A stretch of DNA of 63,135 nt, taken from sequence record SRR20825010_80. One strand, written 5' to 3'. Under the pieces are notes generated by a model. That model ran no database searches, was not told the origin of the DNA, and saw only the letters and a program-made list of their open reading frames with translations. Made by a program: the position numbers and the translations under genes. Shown one piece after another: positions 51,250-58,712 of this stretch. Positions within the stretch are counted from its first letter, which is position 1. The number at the start of each line of letters is the position of its first letter.

Positions 51250-52185
51250 CTATTTCTTTGCTTTAATAAGTTCCAATGCCTTGCCCAAAGCGGCATCAGC
51301 TTTGATTTCAATATTGGGTTTTACCCCTACTCCTTCCCAATTGGTTTTTGTGATTGGATTAATGGCCCGGCCCTGTGGCACATTCACGAAAAAGCCATCA
51401 GTTAATAACATTGGCCCGCCCGGATGAGCCCCTCCACCTGTGGTCTCACCAATAATTGTAGCACGTTTTAAATTCTTTAGGTTATAAGTAAATTCTTCCG
51501 CAGCAGAAAAAGTGTAATTGCTAGTGAGCACATAAACTGGCACATTCGGCTTATAAACTGATGCCAAATCTGGATCGGTCCAAGTCTCTGAATGGCTATC
51601 GCTTGGACGCCAATAAAAAGTGTTCAAATGGACTGGTTTATCTCCAAAAAGGTAGCTCGAAATAAACTTGATCATAGAAGGAGAGCCTCCACCGTTTTTC
51701 CTTAGGTCGAAAATGATAGCGTCCGATTGAATGAGTTTATCCATTGCTGCCTTTGCTACCTCTTCCGCAAATCGGATATCGGAAAACCCTCTTAGGTCTA
51801 AATAACCAATGTTCCCGTCTAAGATCTCAATTTTTTCAAAACCATAATTTCCTGGCGAAAGTTGACCACCCGTTGGGCTACGTTCCTTTATAGCGTTGAA
51901 TCTCGAAAAATTATGAATTACTCGGATGTGCTTGTCATAAGCAACAGACTTCAAGTCCGTATCGAGTTGTTTCGCTAGGTCACTAGGAGAAGCAATTTCA
52001 TTATACTCCCCCTTTTTTAGCTTCGAGAGAATCAGATCACTCATGGCTTTGCCCTTTTCTGGAAAAACGTAATTGCGATCCATGACTTGAGCCAGTTGAG
52101 TAACCACTTCCGTTCGGTTAAACGATTGCGACTTTGAAGAAAAACAATAGGAAAACAGAAGAAGGAAAATAAAGATTCTTTGCAT
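51250..52185 (-). CDS. S41-family peptidase (IRBP-like)
   Basis: Signal peptide, DKH, DLRKNGGG, TFSAAEEF, GETTGGGAHP, WEGVGV.P. Confidence 0.9.
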   Translation of the reverse strand: MQRIFIFLLLFSYCFSSKSQSFNRTEVVTQLAQVMDRNYVFPEKGKAMSDLILSKLKKGEYNEIASPSDLAKQLDTDLKSVAYDKHIRVIHNFSRFNAIKERSPTGGQLSPGNYGFEKIEILDGNIGYLDLRGFSDIRFAEEVAKAAMDKLIQSDAIIFDLRKNGGGSPSMIKFISSYLFGDKPVHLNTFYWRPSDSHSETWTDPDLASVYKPNVPVYVLTSNYTFSAAEEFTYNLKNLKRATIIGETTGGGAHPGGPMLLTDGFFVNVPQGRAINPITKTNWEGVGVKPNIEIKADAALGKALELIKAKK

Positions 52186-52398
52186 GTTTACTACAATTAT
52201 ACGTAACTACTTACCAAAAAACATACCCAATTCAAACCTTCAACGTAACTCCTTGTTAAACAACACATTAAAAATCAACTACAACAACAATGAACAAAAC
52301 AATGAACGGACATGAACAGTATGCTGAGCGATTCTAGTGCAAAATAAGTGCATCAAATTACTTTAAACTATAATATTAGTTTAACTTAGGCCTGACCT

Positions 52399-53550
52399 AT
52401 GAAAATGAAATCACACTTAACATTATTCCTGATCAGTTTATTGATCTTCAGCTGTGGGAACTCCAAGCCAAAAGACAAGCCTGACGCAAGCTTAGAGCCC
52501 AGCGAAACGATTAACTTCTCACTCGATAATCAAACCTCAAATGTGAGTAGCTTCTTGGCCTACCACGATAATTCAGGAGATGGTTTGTTGTTTTCCCTAA
52601 ATCAGCAAACCAATGAAATTCAGGCGTACTCCATAAACGAGCAGAAACTGGTTCATCAAAACTCCTATGCCATTGAGGGGCCAAAGGGAGTAGGAGAAAT
52701 CTCTGCCTTTCATATCGTTCGATTCGACAGCATCATTATTTTCCCTGCTAACAAAAATTCAGTTTACACTTCCAATATCCTGAAAGGTTCAGTGGAAGGG
52801 TTAAAATATGAACCTCCTTTAGGCTACACCAATGCCTCGTTTAGGCCCAGTGCTTTCCCCTCGAACTCGGCATTAATAGGCGGAAAACTTATGGTGAAAA
52901 CCAGCTTTATGGGAAATCCATATTTACTCTCGGACGATCAAATGGCCACTACACATTTGGCGTATTCTATTGACTTAAATTCAGGCCAAACCTCTCCCCT
53001 TCCACATTTCTTTCCGAAGGGATATTGGGGAGACAAAAAGACTTATTTCCGATTCAGTATGAGCGCTGGCCCTAAGTTTGTCTATTCCTTTTTTGGAGAT
53101 CATAATGTTTATTATGCAGATTCACCAAACTCAAAACTCTCTCCTGTATTAGCCGAAAGTAAATATTTCAAAAAAAGTATAGACCGCTTCCCTACAGATG
53201 GTACACCAGAGGACAGAGGAATGTATCCGATTGTGACAGCTCATTACGGAAACATTATCTATGACCAATACCGAGAAGTGTATTATAGGTTTTGCTTCCC
53301 TGGTGCAGAGATACTGGAGCGAGATAGCAACTTCCTTCAAATTGCATCATTCCCCAAGGCTTTTTCGATTATAATACTGAATAAGGATTTGAATCCCATT
53401 GGAGAAACATACTTCGGAAAAAACTCAAAGTTGGCTCCCTACAATTCATTTGTAGGAAAAGATGGGCTCTACATTTCTATTAACCACCCAGACAACCCCG
53501 AAAACAAAGAAGATTTTATGAGTTTTAAACGCTTTGCGTTGAGCCGATAA
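52399..53550 (+). CDS. DUF4221-family lipoprotein
   Basis: Lipobox IFSC, EGPKGVG, YGNIIYDQYREVYYRF, IGET, FVGKDGLYIS. Confidence 0.85.
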   Translation: MKMKSHLTLFLISLLIFSCGNSKPKDKPDASLEPSETINFSLDNQTSNVSSFLAYHDNSGDGLLFSLNQQTNEIQAYSINEQKLVHQNSYAIEGPKGVGEISAFHIVRFDSIIIFPANKNSVYTSNILKGSVEGLKYEPPLGYTNASFRPSAFPSNSALIGGKLMVKTSFMGNPYLLSDDQMATTHLAYSIDLNSGQTSPLPHFFPKGYWGDKKTYFRFSMSAGPKFVYSFFGDHNVYYADSPNSKLSPVLAESKYFKKSIDRFPTDGTPEDRGMYPIVTAHYGNIIYDQYREVYYRFCFPGAEILERDSNFLQIASFPKAFSIIILNKDLNPIGETYFGKNSKLAPYNSFVGKDGLYISINHPDNPENKEDFMSFKRFALSR

Positions 53551-53553
53551 GGT

Positions 53554-54033
53554 TTACAATAGCGACTTCACCCTATCATACATAGATTTTTCATCCAGCG
53601 CGGATTCTATGTTCTTTATGTCGTCTAGGAAGTTTTCTTTGCTATCTATTAAAAGTTGATCATTGGCCTTCTTGATTTTCCCCCAAAGGCCTTCCATTTT
53701 ACCCACCAATTCAATTCCAGTATCGCTCAATTTTAAAAGGCGCTTTCTTTGGTCGGCTTCATCTTTCGATTCGATCACCAACTTTTTCTTCACTAAAATA
53801 TTGGCTACTTGATTTACTGCGGGGTGGGTTTGTTGTAAGCTGGCCGCCAATTCTGTCACGGCAAGTTCTTCCCCATTCTTTAGGGCATACACTACAGCGA
53901 ACCAACGGGGTTCAAAATCGAAGTCAGATTCTTTATAAATAGCGGCCACATCTTTGGCCAACCGCTCACTTAAGTTTTTCAGGCGAGTAGCCAAAGCTAA
54001 ACTGCCCAACTCTTCAATTATATTCCTTTCCAA
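53554..54033 (-). CDS. MarR-family transcriptional regulator
   Basis: LALATRLKNLSE, FEPRWF, THPAV, D.RKRLL.LS; TTG start. Confidence 0.88.
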   Translation of the reverse strand: MERNIIEELGSLALATRLKNLSERLAKDVAAIYKESDFDFEPRWFAVVYALKNGEELAVTELAASLQQTHPAVNQVANILVKKKLVIESKDEADQRKRLLKLSDTGIELVGKMEGLWGKIKKANDQLLIDSKENFLDDIKNIESALDEKSMYDRVKSLL

Positions 54034-54331
54034 TTATTTCTTCTTTTTGGGAAGAAGCAATATTTTCATTCCCGTTGATCAATTTATTTCCAGCCAATTA
54101 CCTCCTCAAAACTCTTTTTGGCCTCGCAAATATCTATCCAATGCCTGGCTCCCTTGCGCCTTACTTTCTTCTAGAATAAATATTTAATGCGAAGATAATA
54201 CAGAAACCACGAATCGAAGGGTGATTTTTTACCTAAGGTCAGATGATATGAATTAAGGTGTTGGTCAATTTGTACGGTCAAAATATATACAAGCTGTTAA
54301 CTTTTGTATCTTGATCTCAAACTCTAGATCA

Positions 54332-54856
54332 ATGGCACACAAAACTAAATACCTTTTGTTTCTCTTTATTATTCTTTCGGTATTTCCCTCTTGCGAGACG
54401 GATGATGAGGATGACAATGAGCACGCTACCGAAGAAGTTGTTCGTTTTGAAAGAGAGGGGTCTTCCATTCTAAAAGGAGTGAAAGTACCTGCAGGAAAAA
54501 GCATCTATTTTGCCAGTGGTATAGTGGCCAACCCAAAAGACGAAAGCAAGCCCGAAGGCGACCGCGAGCGATTTGGAAACACCTATGAACAAAGCGTGAG
54601 CACCTTAGAGCGAATTGCGGATTATTTGGGCGAAGAAGGTTTGGGTTTAGAAGATGTAGTAGCAATGAAAGTATATGTTGCCCCCGACCCAGAAAACGAC
54701 AACAAACCTGATTTCGATGGCTGGTTTAAAGCTTATGCTGAATTCTTCGCAACGGAAGAAAACCCCAATAAAGTAGCGAGATCGACCATTGGCGTGTATA
54801 CTTTGGTGAATCCCAATATGTTTATTGAGGTGGAGGTAAGGGCGGTTTATAAGTGA
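54332..54856 (+). CDS. RidA/YjgF-family lipoprotein
   Basis: Lipobox FPSC, SG, T.EQ, ARSTIGV..L, IEVE; ATG at 54332. Confidence 0.85.
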   Translation: MAHKTKYLLFLFIILSVFPSCETDDEDDNEHATEEVVRFEREGSSILKGVKVPAGKSIYFASGIVANPKDESKPEGDRERFGNTYEQSVSTLERIADYLGEEGLGLEDVVAMKVYVAPDPENDNKPDFDGWFKAYAEFFATEENPNKVARSTIGVYTLVNPNMFIEVEVRAVYK

Positions 54857-54866
54857 TCGTTTAGGG
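54756..54866 (+). repeat. Direct repeat copy 1 (RidA gene 3' end plus 10 bp)
   Basis: Aligns with 56258..56366 at about 90% identity. Confidence 0.92.
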
Positions 54867-54922
54867 TTTGACCTCTGAACTATAGGATATGTTTCTTAAG
54901 GGCTGTTGTGCGTTTGTATATT

Positions 54923-56005
54923 TTAATTTTCTAGAATGTCCATTAATTTTTGGTTCAGGTATAATTTTTCTTTCCCTACTCTTATTGACTTAAGAAACCC
55001 TTTTTCCTCTAATGCTATCAAATAGTTCCCTACTGTTTTTGGTGTTCCTAAATCAATGTCAATTAGGTTTTGTCTTTTGGTATATGGAAACTTAAAAATG
55101 ACTTCGACCAAATCTTTGGAATAAACTTTAGGTAGTTTTTCTTTTATTTCTTGACTAGTTCTGTCCATTAGCTGAATTATAGACTCGAGTCTATTTAGTC
55201 CACTAGCGGCTGTTTTTTCTACCATATCTAACATGTAGAGCACAAAAAATGACCAATCATTTTTTTCAGTTACCGCTCTTAGGCCTTGGTAGTATTTGTC
55301 TTTATGCTTAATGATATAATCACTTAAAAATAGCGCTGGTATATCAAGTAACTGTTCGAGTTTAAGTTGAAGTAGTAGCAGAATACGACCTGTTCTTCCG
55401 TTACCATCGGCAAATGGATGAATGGCTTCAAATTGGTAATGTGATATTGCCATTTTAATCAGTGGGTCTATTGATCTATTTTCATTGATGAAAATCTCCA
55501 GATTAGCCATTTTGTCTCTTATGACTTGTTCTCCTGTTGGCGGAGTATAGATAACGTCTCCTTTTGCATTGGATAGCATAGTTCCAGGTGTAGTTCTTAT
55601 GCCTGCAGAATTTTGTTTAATACACTGAACAAGCTCTAAACAAAGGTTTGTTGTAATGAAAGGCTGTTTTTCAAGAAGTTTAAAGCCTAGCCAAATAGCT
55701 TCTTTATAACTGATGACCTCTTTTGTCGCTGGATTATCGAATTTTTTATCAGCAACAACAGATTGATATAAGTCGTCATTTGTAGTTATAATATTCTCAA
55801 TTTCAGAACTGGCTTTTGCTTCTTGAAGGTGAAGCGTGTCAAGAAATAAACTTGGATTGGGCAAGTTTCTTATTGCGCCATTTAATTGAGCTAAAGCTCT
55901 ACTAGCTTTAATGGTTTTAGTTAAAATTTCTTTGGTTTCTAAATCTGCCTTGGGCGGAAGTAGAGGGAGGCTGTTAAACGGTTTTGATTTATCGAAGCTA
56001 TTCAT
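54923..56005 (-). CDS. Class II Fic protein (SoFic-like) with C-terminal HTH
   Basis: HPFADGNGRTGR catalytic motif, inhibitory SSEIEN motif, YTPP, C-terminal wHTH-like segment. Confidence 0.93.
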   Translation of the reverse strand: MNSFDKSKPFNSLPLLPPKADLETKEILTKTIKASRALAQLNGAIRNLPNPSLFLDTLHLQEAKASSEIENIITTNDDLYQSVVADKKFDNPATKEVISYKEAIWLGFKLLEKQPFITTNLCLELVQCIKQNSAGIRTTPGTMLSNAKGDVIYTPPTGEQVIRDKMANLEIFINENRSIDPLIKMAISHYQFEAIHPFADGNGRTGRILLLLQLKLEQLLDIPALFLSDYIIKHKDKYYQGLRAVTEKNDWSFFVLYMLDMVEKTAASGLNRLESIIQLMDRTSQEIKEKLPKVYSKDLVEVIFKFPYTKRQNLIDIDLGTPKTVGNYLIALEEKGFLKSIRVGKEKLYLNQKLMDILEN

Positions 56006-56010
56006 AAATA

Positions 56011-56097
56011 AGAGTAAGCTTTACACTTGTTATTACTACAAGGGTAAAAATAATAAAAAATTACCCTTATTCCTATATGGAAGGTAGGTTTTACTCT
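56011..56097. promoter_or_regulatory. Putative operator array upstream of fic
   Basis: AGAGTAA/TTACACT, AGGGTAA/TTACCCT, AAGGTAG/TTACTCT starting at 56011, 56021, 56041, 56061, 56081, 56091. Confidence 0.5.
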
Positions 56098-56257
56098 CGT
56101 TTTTTCGAATGAGGCATTAGGGTACATGTAAGCTAAGTAAGGGGCAAAGTGGTTTGCCGTGAAGCATGAAATATTCGTCCTGATTTTGATTGACAAATTC
56201 GACTCATAAAAAGTTAGCTTGCTTAGAACTCGGCCGATGACAAGTACTCTGGAGCCC

Positions 56258-56366
56258 AAGAAAACCCCAATAAAGTATCAAGACGACCATTGGCGTTTAT
56301 ACTTTGGTGAATCACGACATGTTTATTGAGGTGGAAGTAAGGGCGGTTTATCAGTGATCGTTAGGG
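56258..56366 (+). pseudogene. Displaced, frameshifted copy of the RidA gene 3' end (direct repeat copy 2)
   Basis: ENPNKVSR/TIGVYTLVNHDMFIEVEVRAVYQ* with a 1-bp deletion. Confidence 0.9.
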
Positions 56367-56371
56367 CTTCA

Positions 56372-56395
56372 TGATAGTATCATTTGATACTATCA
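56372..56395. repeat. Perfect 11-bp inverted repeat
   Basis: TGATAGTATCA-TT-TGATACTATCA. Confidence 0.85.
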
Positions 56396-56429
56396 ATGAT
56401 AAGGCTTTCTAAGAAGTTGGGCGTTTTTT

Positions 56430-56563
56430 ATGTGGTGTAATGCTCTGGCTATGTGCAGTGCGGGATTGAAAAGTACTAAACTTTCGGTTTTGCACTGACC
56501 TTTGATATATGTTTTATCTTTCGCTTTATAACTCAAACCGCTATTACTAATACACATAGTTTT
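56430..56563 (-). mobile_element. attC-like site 3 (decayed)
   Basis: Minus strand AAC-TAT-GTGTATTAGTAATAGCGG...AACCGAAAGT...CCGCACTGCACATAGCC-AGAGC-ATT; shares AACCGAAAGT with site 1. Confidence 0.55.
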
Positions 56564-57571
56564 TTATTTCCAAGTCACTTTTTTTAATTCTTCCGCTATC
56601 AATTCAGTGTTGTTATAGTCGGTTATTGTCAAATAATCTCTTAAATCTTTGTACCTATAGCCTTGTATTCCTCCGTGCGATATTTTTCTGAAATCGGTAT
56701 CATAGGTTTTGTCTTCTGGAAGGACATAGTACTTTAAACCAAATTGGTCTTCTCCTAATTCAGACAAACCGTTTTTTAGTCGGTCAATTTGTTTGTCTGT
56801 ATGTCCTTTACTATGAATATTTAGGTCGTTTGTACTTGCGTCATAATCAGCAATTATTGTGGTTTCAATTTCCGAGATTGTTCTTACAGATTTCCAGTTA
56901 TATAAACCGAAAAATTTAAATTTCTGACTGTGCCAACTAGTTGGACAGTAATATATTTTATGGGCTTTATTCCAACTATGCGAGAAACCTGTTGGCGCAA
57001 ATAGGACTTTGTATTCTTCATTTGAGATTAAATTACTGCTTATGCAATAATTACTGAAATCGTCAAGAAGTAACCTTAACTCCATATCGTGAGTATTCTC
57101 CTCATAAATCCCTTCTAGGTTATCAATTAAGTCATTAAATATTAAATTGTTAAACTGGATTTTTAGGTTTGAGTATGTTTCTTTTAATCTTCTGTTTATC
57201 TCTACAACTTCTTTTTCTTCAAATTTGACTGAACTTAAATGCCATAGTTGATTTTGACTGTTTTCATTGAATACTTCTCCATATTTTACCAGTTTACCAA
57301 TAAACTCTTTACTGTTTAATTTCGTTTCAATTATTATTTTGGAAGGCTTAACTTCTATATGACCATCAATGATACCTTTCTTCATTCCAACCTGTTGTCT
57401 AAAAATTGGTCGAGGATAGTAATATTGCTCAATGCTTCCTTCATTCAGTCGTTCTATAATTGATTTGTAATATTCAACGTTTAGGTCGTTTAACCTTGAT
57501 AGCATTAATAAGACGTTGTTTGTAACAGTATTTTCTTTCTGTGAATATTTTTGAAATTGACTTATTCTCAT
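56564..57571 (-). CDS. Hypothetical protein with PD-(D/E)XK-like nuclease N-terminus
   Basis: EN..TNN helix, Q, IDGHI...IIIETKL; AT-rich. Confidence 0.6.
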   Translation of the reverse strand: MRISQFQKYSQKENTVTNNVLLMLSRLNDLNVEYYKSIIERLNEGSIEQYYYPRPIFRQQVGMKKGIIDGHIEVKPSKIIIETKLNSKEFIGKLVKYGEVFNENSQNQLWHLSSVKFEEKEVVEINRRLKETYSNLKIQFNNLIFNDLIDNLEGIYEENTHDMELRLLLDDFSNYCISSNLISNEEYKVLFAPTGFSHSWNKAHKIYYCPTSWHSQKFKFFGLYNWKSVRTISEIETTIIADYDASTNDLNIHSKGHTDKQIDRLKNGLSELGEDQFGLKYYVLPEDKTYDTDFRKISHGGIQGYRYKDLRDYLTITDYNNTELIAEELKKVTWK

Positions 57572-57585
57572 TTTTTGGTCAAATT

Positions 57586-57657
57586 AGTTTCAACGTTCCG
57601 GCTAAAAAGCGTTGCTATCCCGAAGGACAGCTATGAGTTTTAGCCATTTTTGGCAGC
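57586..57657 (-). mobile_element. attC-like site 2 (short)
   Basis: Minus strand GCCAAA-AAT-GGCTAAAA...GCTGTCC-TTCG-GGATAGC...TTTTAGCC-GGAAC-GTTGAAA filling the intergenic gap. Confidence 0.65.
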
Positions 57658-57658
57658 T

Positions 57659-58549
57659 TTATTTTTTCTTTACAATTGGATGATTAAGACCATTGACATA
57701 GTTTTCAATGATTTCGAACCTGTCTTGTTTATCAAGTAACTCAGAAAGATTATTGAATCCATATTTTCTTGGATGAAAATCAGGGTCAATTTTCTTTATT
57801 TCAATTCCGATTTTTGCAAGATGCGGTTCTTCACTATTTATGGAGGCTCTTTGAAATGCTTCGTCAATCAATAGACTAAGCTCTTTTTCGCCAAAGTCAG
57901 CAATTGAATATTTTTTGGCAGGGCCTTCATTTGCTTCATTAATTAAACGTTTTCTTTTTAATCGAATTAAGTCACGTGTTATAACTGGAATGCTCACCCC
58001 GAGTTTTTCGGATATTTCAGGAGAAGTGAGTTTGACTTCAGCATTTCGTAGTGTGTTTAATATTTTCAATTGGAACTGCGTTACAGGAACAGAATCATTT
58101 TCAGACTGTTGGATTAAGTCTTCCGTATTCTCCTGGCTGATATTTACTTGATCTGTTATTATCCGAAACTGCTCATCGAACAACTGCTTTATTTGATTTT
58201 TTTCTTCTGAACCAATTGAGGTTATTTCATCTGATACTCTTTTAATCAAATTGCTTTTCACATTTTCAAGTTGATCACTTATATCATCAAAGTCTTGAGA
58301 GACCAATACACCTTTATTGTTTTTTATAGCGGCATCGAGTGTTTTGTCAAACATTCCCCCAATTTGGGTCTGAATAGAAGCGGTTTTTTCCTCGATTTTA
58401 ATAAGTGCCTTATTCGCGCTATCCTGAAGGTTTACACCATCTCTATAAAATTTTAGAGATGCAAAAAATCCTACAATCGTGATTATTAGCGCAATTAGCC
58501 CCAAAATTAAAGACACAATTGCAAGAGTATCTCCTAAATCTATGTACAT
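57659..58549 (-). CDS. Membrane-anchored protein with winged HTH and C-terminal OST-HTH/LOTUS domain
   Basis: N-terminal TM, coiled coil, LTSPEISEKLGVSIPVITRDL..L, LAKIG..IKKIDPDFHPRKYGFNNLSELL. Confidence 0.75.
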   Translation of the reverse strand: MYIDLGDTLAIVSLILGLIALIITIVGFFASLKFYRDGVNLQDSANKALIKIEEKTASIQTQIGGMFDKTLDAAIKNNKGVLVSQDFDDISDQLENVKSNLIKRVSDEITSIGSEEKNQIKQLFDEQFRIITDQVNISQENTEDLIQQSENDSVPVTQFQLKILNTLRNAEVKLTSPEISEKLGVSIPVITRDLIRLKRKRLINEANEGPAKKYSIADFGEKELSLLIDEAFQRASINSEEPHLAKIGIEIKKIDPDFHPRKYGFNNLSELLDKQDRFEIIENYVNGLNHPIVKKK

Positions 58550-58565
58550 CGTTTTATTTTTATTG

Positions 58566-58704
58566 AGGCTAACGGTTAGTATATGAAAATTAGGCGATTA
58601 CGAAGCACGCACTTTCGGTTAAACACCAAGTTTGTTGATACGAGCCTAAAGCCTTGAATTTAGCACTAATTCGTCTATTTTTTATATACATTGTTATGGG
58701 CTGG
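58566..58704 (-). mobile_element. attC-like site 1 (intact)
   Basis: Minus strand GCCCATAAC-AAT-GTATATAAAAAATAGACGA...TCGCCTAATTTTCATATAC-TAACC-GTTAGCC; 19-bp arms. Confidence 0.75.
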
Positions 58705-58712
58705 CTTTACTT

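Noticed and set aside
54034-54330. Possible riboswitch or leader peptide (MKILLLPKKKK) upstream of marR
   Set aside because: No recognisable aptamer or attenuator structure; the short ORF is unsupported.
56002-56259. 85-aa ORF upstream of fic as an antitoxin
   Set aside because: No (S/T)xxxE(G/N) motif; it overlaps the operator-like repeats, and this Fic already carries its own inhibitory motif.
56430-58704. CRISPR array or simple terminators as an explanation for the intergenic palindromes
   Set aside because: Repeats are separated by whole genes, differ in length, lack U tracts and have AAC/GTT boundaries; no cas genes.
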